Shown here in pieces: positions 1 through 9,293 of a stretch of DNA of 20,000 bases. This DNA comes from an uncultured virus (IMG/VR IMGVR_UViG_2667527876_000001) (Duplodnaviria > Heunggongvirae > Uroviricota > Caudoviricetes). How positions within the stretch are numbered: the stretch's first letter is position 1; every line of letters starts with the position of its first letter. Made by a program: the position numbers and the translations under genes. The notes under the pieces are model-generated. The model had not been told where the DNA came from and searched no databases. It saw nothing but the letters and a program-made list of their open reading frames with translations. The stretch lies in IMG/VR virus record IMGVR_UViG_2667527876_000001. One strand, 5' to 3'.

Positions 1-2634
1 AAGGCACGCAATCCCGGCTACGAGGCCGCCGCGGCGGCGATCCAAGCGCTGGGAGGAGACCCGGCGAAGTGGATTGGCGAGGACCCGAGCACCTACCTGC
101 CCCGCGGTATCGGCGGAATCGGTGGTGTGGGTGCCGGCGGATACGCGCAGTACGCGGCGCTGCTGTCAAAGTTCGCCAAGAGCGGCAACCTGACAGCCGA
201 ACTCGTCGGTGCTGGTCTGGACGCCAATGACCCGGTCATCCGGGCGATCACCACCGCACGGAACAAGAAACGGGGTGCCCTCGGAGACGACGCTATCGCC
301 GCGCTGGTTGAGCAGATCATCGGCGGCGGCGGATATACCGGCTCCCTGAACTCGAGTAACAGCGCGCTGATCAGCTCGTTGCAGACGTTCCGTGACAAGC
401 TCGGCAGGACAGCGGTTCCCAACGGCACCGCAATCGCGGCGCTCCCGGCAGGCGGCGGCCCGAAGGGCTCCAAGTCAGGGCTGCAACCCAACGCGAACCA
501 GCTGTGGGACTTCATCGCCACCAACTTCCCCGAGGTCCGCGAGATAGGGGGAGTGCGCCAGGACGCTATCTCCGACCACCCGAGCGGCCGCGCCTTGGAC
601 ATCATGGTCGGCCAAAACAAGGAACTCGGCGACCGTATCAACGCGGCGTTGCGCGCCAACTACATTGCGCTGGGCCTGGACTCAACAATTTGGCGCGACA
701 AGTGGGAAGACTTCAACGGCAACAGCTCCACCGTCGCCGGACATCAGGACCACATCCACGCCAAGGTCGCCGCCGGCGCGGCGACGGGCATGCCCGGATT
801 GCCGATGCCAGGCGGTGCCCCCGGTCTGGCCGGCACGGGCAGCGGCGTGGTCCCGGTCTACGTGACCAACTTCGACGGCCAAATGCGCGGCATGGGCGAC
901 CAAATGCTTGGTGCGCTGTCGCAGTCGGGTGGACTAGCCGCGTCGAACGTCGCAGGCGACGTGATGAGCGCGGTCGCCGGGCTCGGCCAGGAGCCCTGGA
1001 ACAAGAAGAACGCCACCTACACCGAGCTCAATCAGCTCGTCAAGGAACGCAACCCGCTGGCACTTGCCAAGGCCATGGGCTTGAATGTCGAGGACTTCAC
1101 CCGCGCCGGCGGCGACGCAGGAGAACTCACCACCAACGACGGCAAGGCCTTCGACGCCAGCGGACGCATGTTCTCCGACACGGGCGCCTTACTTGACCGG
1201 ACATTCACCAGCGTCAACGCCCAACTGTCCGCCATGCGTGAACAACTCGTCGATGTCATCGAGCAGACCAACGCCAAACTCAACGAGGAAGCGCTGGAGC
1301 CGGTCGTCAAGGCGGGTGTGCAATCGGCCCTGGAGAGCTTGAAGGACAGCGTGAGCGGCCAGATCGGTACCGCCCTGGGGCAGGCGGCTGCACCACCGAT
1401 CGCCGATGCGGTCCGCAGCGCGATCCCAGCCGACGGCGGCGGTGGGGGAGCTGCAGCCGGCATCGGCGGCAACATCGCCGGCGCACTCTTCGCCACCGGC
1501 GGCCCAGTGTATGGCGGCATCCCGGGCAAGGATTCCGTTCCGGCGCTGCTCATGCCGAACGAACACGTGCTCACCACCGACGACGTAGCCCGCATGGGCG
1601 GTCATGCTGGTGTCTACGCGTTCCGGGCCGCCCTTGCCCGCCACGGTGGTGTGCGCGGGTTCGCCACCGGCGGCGGCGTCAACGTCAACGACACGGTGGG
1701 CGCGGAATTCTTTGGCGTATCGCAGATCCCGATCCTGGGTGCCATCGTCAACCTGCTGGTGCGTGTGCTGCTGCGGGTGCTGGGTGTCGAAATTGAGGCC
1801 CGAGACACCCTCAATGAGATGACCGACGAGTTCCGTCAGTTCCGCGGCGACTTCGAAGCATTCGATGCCAGCGGACGCCTGATGAACGACACCTCGGCGC
1901 TCGTCGACCGCTCATCCACCAGCGAGGAAGAAGCGGCACAGGAACGCATCCGGATCCTCAAGATTGTGATCGAGGCGCTGATTAAGTACATCATCGAGAA
2001 GGTCATCGTGCCGATCGCGAAAGCCGTTGCCAACGCCGCGATCCAAGCGGGAGCATCGGCGGCCGGCGCTGCGGTCAACACCCAAGCACCGGGCGCTGGC
2101 GGCATTGTGTCCGCTCTCATCAGCTCGGGCGGGCAGGCGGGCGTGGACATCATCGCCGAGATCGGCAGCCAGCTGGCCGTCGAGGCGGCAGGGGTGATCA
2201 TCGACATGCTGGGCGAAGGGCTGCAAAGCTACTTCCCGGACATCGTCAATGCCATCTTCGGTGGCGGGCTGCTGGAGAACCTGATCGCCGCACCGATCAC
2301 CGCAGCGCTCGAAATTCCGCTGGCCATCATCGGTGCACTCAGCGGCGGCTTGACGGGCCTGTTCGCGCCGTTGCTGGCCATCCTGGGTGGCGGATCATTC
2401 GATCAGGGCGGCCTCGCGCGCGGTGTCGGCATGATGCCCAAGGCGACGATCCGGCCCGAGCGCGTCCTATCGCCGCAACAGACCATCCTGTTCGAGCGCA
2501 TGATCGCCGCGCTGGAACGCAACCCTGGCGGCGCCAGCGGCAACTCCACGTATGTGACCGCGCAGATCAACGTCGAGGGCGGCCCACGAGCGGGCGAGAA
2601 CGTCCGCGCCGGACTGTTGGAGCTGATGAGCTGA
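1..2634 (+). CDS. Tape measure protein, 3' portion (5' end outside window)
   Basis: Frame 1 is open from base 1 to TGA at 2632-2634. The product is Ala/Gly-rich with FATGG/FDQGG motifs and a 'GKDSVPALLMPNEHVLT' segment typical of actinophage tape measure C-termini. It lies directly upstream of the minor tail genes. Confidence 0.88.
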   Translation, partial: KARNPGYEAAAAAIQALGGDPAKWIGEDPSTYLPRGIGGIGGVGAGGYAQYAALLSKFAKSGNLTAELVGAGLDANDPVIRAITTARNKKRGALGDDAIAALVEQIIGGGGYTGSLNSSNSALISSLQTFRDKLGRTAVPNGTAIAALPAGGGPKGSKSGLQPNANQLWDFIATNFPEVREIGGVRQDAISDHPSGRALDIMVGQNKELGDRINAALRANYIALGLDSTIWRDKWEDFNGNSSTVAGHQDHIHAKVAAGAATGMPGLPMPGGAPGLAGTGSGVVPVYVTNFDGQMRGMGDQMLGALSQSGGLAASNVAGDVMSAVAGLGQEPWNKKNATYTELNQLVKERNPLALAKAMGLNVEDFTRAGGDAGELTTNDGKAFDASGRMFSDTGALLDRTFTSVNAQLSAMREQLVDVIEQTNAKLNEEALEPVVKAGVQSALESLKDSVSGQIGTALGQAAAPPIADAVRSAIPADGGGGGAAAGIGGNIAGALFATGGPVYGGIPGKDSVPALLMPNEHVLTTDDVARMGGHAGVYAFRAALARHGGVRGFATGGGVNVNDTVGAEFFGVSQIPILGAIVNLLVRVLLRVLGVEIEARDTLNEMTDEFRQFRGDFEAFDASGRLMNDTSALVDRSSTSEEEAAQERIRILKIVIEALIKYIIEKVIVPIAKAVANAAIQAGASAAGAAVNTQAPGAGGIVSALISSGGQAGVDIIAEIGSQLAVEAAGVIIDMLGEGLQSYFPDIVNAIFGGGLLENLIAAPITAALEIPLAIIGALSGGLTGLFAPLLAILGGGSFDQGGLARGVGMMPKATIRPERVLSPQQTILFERMIAALERNPGGASGNSTYVTAQINVEGGPRAGENVRAGLLELMS

Positions 2635-4070
2635 TGGCCTACCGCGGATACTTCGCCCTCAACGGCGTGGAGATTGCCAACAGCTCCCGGGTGATCGCGC
2701 ACCTGGGCCAGGATGTGCCAACCAGCGACATCGGTGTCTTTGGCGACGATCCGAGCATCGACTGCGCGCTCATCGAATCCACCGAATTTCCGGGGTTCTA
2801 CGAAATCCCCGACAGCTCCACCGAAGTGAGCCCCGGCCTGCTCACGCCGCCCAACGGTGCCCGCCGGCTGGGGCCCGGCCTGTTTGAGATCAACGGCACG
2901 TGCTGGGGTCCCATCGCGTTCTGCGGGTCGTGCTCCACAATCGTCACCTACGATGATTCGTGGCCAGGTCTTCGGGAATTCTTGGGCGACAACATCTATC
3001 GACCCGAGCTGGCACCGTGGTACAGCACCGAACTGCCCGAATCCACAGAGTTCGGCGGCGTATGGGTGATGAAAATCGACGGCCTGGGAGCAACACCGGT
3101 AGAACGGCCCATCACCCAGATGACCGGATCAGGGGCCGCGGCCGGCCCGCATAGAGACCTGTCACGCACCCTCACGTTCGAGGCGCTGATGATCGCCTGC
3201 ACTCACGCTGGCGTCGAGTTCGGCATGGACTGGTTGTCCTGCATCCTGCGGGACACCATCGACGACAACACCAGCGTTCTGCGTTATCTTGCTGCCAGCC
3301 CAGCGCATTCGGGCGTCGATCCGGCATCGTTGGTGCGTGAGGTGCATGGCGTTGTCTTGACCAAAGAGCCGCGGATCATCTCCGAATACAACACCCAGGC
3401 CGGCCAGCATCACCAAGCCAACCTGTATCGCATCAGCTGGGAAATGACGGTGCTCTCGCCCTACGCCTACCTGCCGCAGGTAAGGGTGCCGGTCGACTGG
3501 GACGAGATCACCAGGCAGCCGGTCAACTGGGTTCACGCTGCCGACTGCGAAAAGCCCTCCACCTGTTCGGACATGCCGGTGCTGTTCTCCGCTGACTGCG
3601 TGCCCGAGGAGATCGCGATCCTGGACACTCCGCCGCCGGTGTGCGGCGGGTGCCTGCCGGTCGGCGAGATCGACAAGTACAGCTTCCGTATCCCCACCAT
3701 GGATTACGCGTTCCGTTGCCGGGACACCGCGGTCACTATCGCGATCCGCAACCTCGGCCAGACGCCGTTGACACTGCAAGCGTTTCTGCGGGTGTGCGGC
3801 ACCGATGTGCGCTGCGAAGACAACCGATTCCCGCTGCAGGTATCGGGTTTGCCGCCACTGACAGAGCTGGTCCTCGATGGCATCTCGGGGCGCTACTGGG
3901 CCATCTATGACGACCGCAAGCACCGCGCCGTCGGGATCGTCGGCACCCCCAACGGCGCGCCCTGGCGGCCACCACGTATCGACCGCGAAACATGCTGGGA
4001 TTTCATCGTTCAAACAGCTAGCACTTCGCAATTCGAGGTCACCATGACACTCACCGATCGGGAGCCGTGA
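2634..4070 (+). CDS. Minor tail protein (distal-tail-like, Cys-rich), 478 aa
   Basis: TGATG stop/start overlap with the tape measure gene. It is the first gene after tape measure, begins 'MAYRGYFALNGVEIANSSR', and has many Cys residues. Confidence 0.75.
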   Translation: MAYRGYFALNGVEIANSSRVIAHLGQDVPTSDIGVFGDDPSIDCALIESTEFPGFYEIPDSSTEVSPGLLTPPNGARRLGPGLFEINGTCWGPIAFCGSCSTIVTYDDSWPGLREFLGDNIYRPELAPWYSTELPESTEFGGVWVMKIDGLGATPVERPITQMTGSGAAAGPHRDLSRTLTFEALMIACTHAGVEFGMDWLSCILRDTIDDNTSVLRYLAASPAHSGVDPASLVREVHGVVLTKEPRIISEYNTQAGQHHQANLYRISWEMTVLSPYAYLPQVRVPVDWDEITRQPVNWVHAADCEKPSTCSDMPVLFSADCVPEEIAILDTPPPVCGGCLPVGEIDKYSFRIPTMDYAFRCRDTAVTIAIRNLGQTPLTLQAFLRVCGTDVRCEDNRFPLQVSGLPPLTELVLDGISGRYWAIYDDRKHRAVGIVGTPNGAPWRPPRIDRETCWDFIVQTASTSQFEVTMTLTDREP

Positions 4071-4073
4071 GCG

Positions 4074-5111
4074 GTGCCGGTCATCAGCTCTGAACAGATC
4101 GTGTCGCTGCGCACCGCCAGCGGCAAGCAGCTCGACCAATTCCTGGCCACGCATCAGGAGTCGTTGAAATGGACCCGCGAGCAGCGGCAAGTATCGGTGC
4201 TGGAAATGACCGTGCCGAGCGTGATCGACGCCGGCCGAATGGACATCACACCGTGGCTGCATTGGATCGACGTGTTCGACGCTCAGGGCCGCGAGCTGTA
4301 CTGGTCAGGACCCATCCAGCGGGTCTCAGCTAGCCGCTCACGAACCTCCATTTCCGCGCGGGATATGTCGGCGTTGATGACCCGCACGCGCTGCCCGTTG
4401 ACGAAAAACTGGGATGCAGCCGACCTCTCGAAGATCGCGGGCGAGCTGTGGGCCGCGATGATCGCCCACCACGGACTGAACACTCGAGCCATCGAACGCG
4501 TGGACCCGCGCGGCGACCACTTCGATTTCGAGGCTATCGCCGACGAGCAGATGATGAGTGCGACGTTCGATCGGCTCGTCGGGCTGGGGCTGCACTGGAC
4601 AGTCGTGGGCGGTGTGCCCATCCTGGGCCCGGCCCAGCTCAAATCGATTGTGGCGCTCGGCGAAAACGACTTCACGGGCGGGGAGTTCTCGATCGTGCGT
4701 GATGGCAGCCAGACCTACAACGATGTCCTACTGCGCGGCGGCGACAACCTGGCTCGCGCCAGCGTGCCGATGGGCGGTCTGCGGTTGCAGACGATCAACA
4801 ACATCGACGACATGTTCGGTGTTTCCAACGTCGACCGCGCAGCCAAGCAATACGTGCGCTACACCGGGGCCATCAAAGACACCTTGGTGCTCTCTGACGG
4901 TGCCGTGCTGCATCCTGATGCTCCGCTAGACATTTCGCAGCTGATCCCGTCAGTACGGTTCAACGTCGAAGCACTGGGGGTGCTGCAACTGATGGAACTG
5001 CAGAACGTCACAGTCACCGGTGACGGAGCCGTGGCGCTCACGCTGGCTTCGGTCAACGACGACCTACCGGAACTGGTGGAGATCGCCCAGAAAGGGGCGG
5101 TGACACAGTGA
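4074..5111 (+). CDS. Minor tail protein (baseplate hub-like), 345 aa
   Basis: Second gene after tape measure. The segments 'LKWTREQRQVS' and 'ELYWSGPIQRV' resemble siphovirus hub/minor tail proteins. Confidence 0.7.
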   Translation: MPVISSEQIVSLRTASGKQLDQFLATHQESLKWTREQRQVSVLEMTVPSVIDAGRMDITPWLHWIDVFDAQGRELYWSGPIQRVSASRSRTSISARDMSALMTRTRCPLTKNWDAADLSKIAGELWAAMIAHHGLNTRAIERVDPRGDHFDFEAIADEQMMSATFDRLVGLGLHWTVVGGVPILGPAQLKSIVALGENDFTGGEFSIVRDGSQTYNDVLLRGGDNLARASVPMGGLRLQTINNIDDMFGVSNVDRAAKQYVRYTGAIKDTLVLSDGAVLHPDAPLDISQLIPSVRFNVEALGVLQLMELQNVTVTGDGAVALTLASVNDDLPELVEIAQKGAVTQ

Positions 5112-7465
5112 GCCGAGTTCCAGGCCAGGCGCCGCGCACCGACCAGGAGTGGACACGCGAGGTGGCGCAGCGGCTCTCAGCACTCGAAAATCCGCGAACA
5201 ATCCGGGTGGGGAAGTGGGTACTGTCCGCGGTCGCCGGCCGACTCATGGCGACCAGCCCCGGTGAAGTGCTTGAAGTCGGGCAGGAACCGACGCCCGTTG
5301 CGGTTGATTTGAGCCAGCGCGGCAGCCAGGTTTCTGAGCAGGAGATCGCCGAGGCCGTCACGGGCGGCAACGGTAAGACGTTCACCTCGATCACCGACTG
5401 GTTGACGGCGAAATGGTCGGAGCTCTCGAGTACGACGACGAATGCGAATACCGGCCTCGGGAACTGGACGTCATGGCTCACCGGCGGTTCGTGGGCCAAC
5501 GTCGGTGCCGCGGTGTCCGACTTCTTGAGCACCAAGAGCACCGCGGCGACAGCAGGGACCAATGCGGCTACGGGGCTGGGCAATTGGACATCGTGGCTCA
5601 GTGGTGGATCGTGGGCGAACATTGCGGCGTCGGTGGCAGATTTCCTGGGAACCAAGTCGACGGCCAACACTGCGGGCACGAATGCCGCAACCGCGATGGC
5701 CGACGCCAGCGCCGCCTCCACCGCGGCGGCAGCAGCGCAGAGCGACGCGCAGGGCGCCATCGATGCCGGCATCAACGCCATCCGCAACACCCCGGGCGTC
5801 GTGGGGCAGGCAGTGGAGGGCTTCGCCGACGCGCTGGCTTCGATCCCCACCCAGATGTTCAATCAGTTCGGCGGCAACAACGTTCCACGAGCCTCTCAGG
5901 AACAGGCCAACCAGGCGATGGCCGCGCTGGTCAACACCCTCAACGCTCAGGGGGCCGCAATCAGTGCGCTGCAAAACATCTTGTCCGACGTGGGCGGATT
6001 CAACGAGTCGGTGACCTTCCGGCCCGCCGAAACCACGGTGTTCACCGGCCCCGGGACCGCGCCGTGGACACCCCCGACGTGGGCGGTCAGCGCCGAGTAC
6101 GCCATCGCGCCAGCTGCCGGTGGCGGCGGTTGCGGCGAGGGAGGATCGGGCGCCTACGGTGTCGGCGGTTATCCGGCCAACTGGGCCACCGGCAGCTTCC
6201 CCCTCGAACCTGGCGCCTACTCGATCTTCGCTGGCGGTGGCGGTCTGGGCGGCCAAGACGAGGGCCTCGGTTTCGGCGACAACGGAAGCCCCGGCGACAC
6301 CTCCACGATCACCAGTCCCTCGGGTGCGGTCGTTGCATCAGTCGCAGGCGGTCTCGGGGGTGAAGGTGCGCGCCGTGGCGGCAGCGGCCAGAACGGCAAG
6401 ACCATCAACCCTCAAACGCTGTCAGCGTTCGGGGACACCTTCACCGCAGGATCCGGCGGAACCGGCAACGCGGGCGCTGGTGGTCCCGGAAGTGGCGGCG
6501 CAGGCGGCAGCGGCGGCTTCTTGGGCAACTACACCAAGGGCGGCACCGGCGGGCCGGCCAAGATCTGGTTACGCGCCCGCGCACCGGTGCCGACTCAGTT
6601 CACCGCCATGGGCACCCTCATCTTGCCGACGCTCAAGCTCAATACCGGGGTCGCGCAGACCGATTCGATGACCGCGGCCGGACAGTGGCGCACCGTGCCC
6701 CCTGGCGGCGCCGGCGGCGGCTATATGCTGATCATCCGCGCCAACGCGACATTCACCGACTACGTCTACCTGCGTGTGTGGGATGTTTCCGGGGCCACCC
6801 ACTACGAGCTCGGCCGGGTCGCCTCCGGAGTGAAGTCCGCCTGGAGGACGGGAACGATCGGCGCGGCCATCCCGTTCAACGCCTTCACCCTGACCTCCGA
6901 CTCCGTACGCACCTTCACCGTTGGAGTCAACGGCACCGCATTCGACTCCTACAACGATTCCGGCGCCACCTCACTGATGGGGCCCAACTATCGCGGCGGC
7001 GGCTGGGCGTCCTCGGATTCCACACTGCCAGGGTCGATGTCGCAATTCGCGTTCCTGGACACCGGAACTCCCTCACGCATCGTGTCCGCCGCGGTGGCCA
7101 CAGCACAAGGAACCGCGAGCACTTCCTACGTGGACCTGACCACCACCGGGCCCTCGGTCACTCTGAACGTTCCCGCCAGCGGCGAACTGACCATCGATGT
7201 GTCAGCGGCCTATTCATCGGGCGGTGCAGCCGCCCAAACCGGATATATGGGGTTCACGCTGTCGGGCGCGAACACTCTGGCTGCCGCTGACACGCGCGCT
7301 GCCTACGGTCGCACAGTGACGTCCGGCATGTTCGGGACCATCGCACGCCGATTCCACCTGACAGGCCTTTCTCCCGGCACCACCACCGTCAAGGCTGTCT
7401 ACAAGACCAGCACCAGCACCGCCACATTCACTGACCGCAACCTCATCGTCGAGCCCAAACCATAG
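5108..7465 (+). CDS. Minor tail / tail fibre protein, Gly-rich, 785 aa
   Basis: GTGA overlap with the previous gene. It contains 40-aa repeats, a central Gly-rich block and beta-rich C-terminal domains. Confidence 0.8.
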   Translation: MSRVPGQAPRTDQEWTREVAQRLSALENPRTIRVGKWVLSAVAGRLMATSPGEVLEVGQEPTPVAVDLSQRGSQVSEQEIAEAVTGGNGKTFTSITDWLTAKWSELSSTTTNANTGLGNWTSWLTGGSWANVGAAVSDFLSTKSTAATAGTNAATGLGNWTSWLSGGSWANIAASVADFLGTKSTANTAGTNAATAMADASAASTAAAAAQSDAQGAIDAGINAIRNTPGVVGQAVEGFADALASIPTQMFNQFGGNNVPRASQEQANQAMAALVNTLNAQGAAISALQNILSDVGGFNESVTFRPAETTVFTGPGTAPWTPPTWAVSAEYAIAPAAGGGGCGEGGSGAYGVGGYPANWATGSFPLEPGAYSIFAGGGGLGGQDEGLGFGDNGSPGDTSTITSPSGAVVASVAGGLGGEGARRGGSGQNGKTINPQTLSAFGDTFTAGSGGTGNAGAGGPGSGGAGGSGGFLGNYTKGGTGGPAKIWLRARAPVPTQFTAMGTLILPTLKLNTGVAQTDSMTAAGQWRTVPPGGAGGGYMLIIRANATFTDYVYLRVWDVSGATHYELGRVASGVKSAWRTGTIGAAIPFNAFTLTSDSVRTFTVGVNGTAFDSYNDSGATSLMGPNYRGGGWASSDSTLPGSMSQFAFLDTGTPSRIVSAAVATAQGTASTSYVDLTTTGPSVTLNVPASGELTIDVSAAYSSGGAAAQTGYMGFTLSGANTLAAADTRAAYGRTVTSGMFGTIARRFHLTGLSPGTTTVKAVYKTSTSTATFTDRNLIVEPKP
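5441..5695 (+). repeat. In-frame 120-bp (40-aa) tandem repeat, about 2.1 copies
   Basis: Units start at 5441 (NANTGLGNWTSWLTGGSWANV...), 5561 (NAATGLGNWTSWLSGGSWANI...) and 5681 (partial NAATA). The period is exactly 120 bp. Confidence 0.9.
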
Positions 7466-7473
7466 GAGAAACA

Positions 7474-7785
7474 ATGGGATTCGCAAAAGCAGTACCGCTG
7501 CAAGAAACCACCTATCAGGCGATGTACTTCGATGGCACACCGGCAAGCGCCGCTCAGACCCTCGTCATGATCGACTCGCTGCTGACCGCTCGTAAGCTGC
7601 ACTACGGCATCATCCACGGCTCGCAGGAAGTCGAAAACCCCACGGCGTGGCGTATCCAGCTGTCGCGCCGCGATGGTTCAGCCGAACTGATCGCGATCGC
7701 GGACCGATGGATCGTGGTGTCTTCGACCGGAGCCGTACGCGTCATGACCCCCGCCGAGTACCGCGCTGAGTTCGCCGTCGCGTGA
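7474..7785 (+). CDS. Hypothetical phage protein, 103 aa
   Basis: Strong RBS (AGGAGA) just upstream of the ATG. In operon with the tail genes. Confidence 0.75.
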   Translation: MGFAKAVPLQETTYQAMYFDGTPASAAQTLVMIDSLLTARKLHYGIIHGSQEVENPTAWRIQLSRRDGSAELIAIADRWIVVSSTGAVRVMTPAEYRAEFAVA

Positions 7786-8045
7786 GCACAGTTGGCACTG
7801 CTGGTCGTTACCCTGCCGCCATGGACGGATACCTGCGCGGTTCGGTGAAGATCCACCCTGACTATCCCGAGAACCCGACCATCGCGCTGCGCAGCGTGTT
7901 TGACGACGACGACGCTACCGGCTGCAACTCGTGGCTGGTCGTCTCGGCGAGTTCTGGGGCGCTCTATCGCACGGAGTCGTTCGTCGCCGACTGGCCCGAC
8001 GCAGACGGGCTGACGTTGACGACCACGCTCACCCCGGCTCCGTAG
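7782..8045 (+). CDS. Hypothetical phage protein, 87 aa
   Basis: GTGA overlap with the upstream stop. Fills the gap in the operon. Confidence 0.65.
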   Translation: MSTVGTAGRYPAAMDGYLRGSVKIHPDYPENPTIALRSVFDDDDATGCNSWLVVSASSGALYRTESFVADWPDADGLTLTTTLTPAP

Positions 8046-8055
8046 CCTCACGGTC

Positions 8056-8697
8056 GTGCCGATCACGGAGTACACCGAGCCGAACGTCTGCATCGGGGAG
8101 AACCTCACCACCGATGCGGCCGGTCAGCTTCGGCTCCAACCGTGGGCGCTGGTACGCCCTATTGTCGACATCCGGGCACTCTCCGGTGGTGACGGGTCAA
8201 TCATCGCGCCGCTTATCGCGCTGCCAGGCAAGCTGCTGATCGACCAGAAAGCGTCCTGGCGCAACGATTCCCCGCTGCCGCAGATGGTGCTGATCCGCGT
8301 CACGCGCGGGCCGCGGTCATGGCTCACCTCGAATCCGAACGCTATCCAATTCCGCGACCGGTGGACTACTGCGATCGACGCCGACGCCGCCATGCCGGTG
8401 ACCACCGGTATCTACAACTCCCAGTGCGGATCGGCCTGGGACTTGGGAACGAACAGCGTCGCCGAGCCCAACCCCGGCCGGCAGTGGCGATGGGCCGACG
8501 CCAACAGCATGGACGAATGGGTGGGCCCGATCGATCCAGGGGCCACGCTCAACCTCTGGTACCGCTGCTACGTGTGGACCCCGCCGCCGTGGTCGAACAA
8601 CGCGAACAAGAATCAGCCGCAGCACGAGGCCCGCGCGAACTGGACGCGTATTGAAATGCGGGCCTTCCCGCAACAGGGAAACGTGGTGACCGGATGA
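8056..8697 (+). CDS. Putative minor tail/structural protein, paralogue 1 of 3 (213 aa)
   Basis: In the tail operon. Shares motifs with the next two genes. Confidence 0.7.
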   Translation: MPITEYTEPNVCIGENLTTDAAGQLRLQPWALVRPIVDIRALSGGDGSIIAPLIALPGKLLIDQKASWRNDSPLPQMVLIRVTRGPRSWLTSNPNAIQFRDRWTTAIDADAAMPVTTGIYNSQCGSAWDLGTNSVAEPNPGRQWRWADANSMDEWVGPIDPGATLNLWYRCYVWTPPPWSNNANKNQPQHEARANWTRIEMRAFPQQGNVVTG

Positions 8698-9293
8698 GCA
8701 TCAAGGTGTGCACCTCGGAGTACATGCTCTCCACCGTCAACGGGCTCGACATGAGGCGAAACTGGTTCCCCAGCATCGTCGCTGAGCGATTCCTGCAGTC
8801 CAAGAAGGACGGGCAGATCAGCCGATCACCCGACCCGGTGACGATGATCGATGGTGATCTCACCTACTTCAACAACACCCCAGACCCGGTGTACATCACC
8901 GTGCAAGTCATCCGGGCTCCCCGCAGCATCGTTGCCCAAAACCCGGGCACCGTAGTGATTCACGACGCCTGGTCCTGGGCTGTCGGCAAGTCGCCCACAG
9001 CTGACTTTCCCTCGGTAATCCAGGACTCATTCGGCGGCAGGGGACAGGTGGACCGACCCGAAAACGCCGCGGACAAGCTGCTGTTCGGACGGTTCTTCGC
9101 TGACGGAGACAGCTCCCAAGCCTGGGTCAACGTCGGCCAACTCGACGCGCAGGATTCCCTGCACTTCCGATACCTGGCCGCTGTCCAAACCCCAGGTGTA
9201 TGGACCACCCCTTCAGAGTTCGAGCCGCGCTGGGAAGCACAAGCCCGCTGGACTCGACTGCTGGCGTTCGCGATGCCGATTGGTTCGGCATGA
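8694..9293 (+). CDS. Putative minor tail/structural protein, paralogue 2 of 3 (199 aa)
   Basis: ATGA overlap. 'YFNNTPDPVYITVQVIRAPRS' matches 'WRNDSPLPQMVLIRVTRGPRS' of the previous gene. Confidence 0.7.
   Translation: MSIKVCTSEYMLSTVNGLDMRRNWFPSIVAERFLQSKKDGQISRSPDPVTMIDGDLTYFNNTPDPVYITVQVIRAPRSIVAQNPGTVVIHDAWSWAVGKSPTADFPSVIQDSFGGRGQVDRPENAADKLLFGRFFADGDSSQAWVNVGQLDAQDSLHFRYLAAVQTPGVWTTPSEFEPRWEAQARWTRLLAFAMPIGSA

Noticed and set aside
5441..5695. Repeat considered as a CRISPR array or a diversity-generating retroelement template/variable pair
   Set aside because: It is in-frame coding with no spacers, the differences are not adenine-specific, and there is no cas or reverse transcriptase gene in the window.
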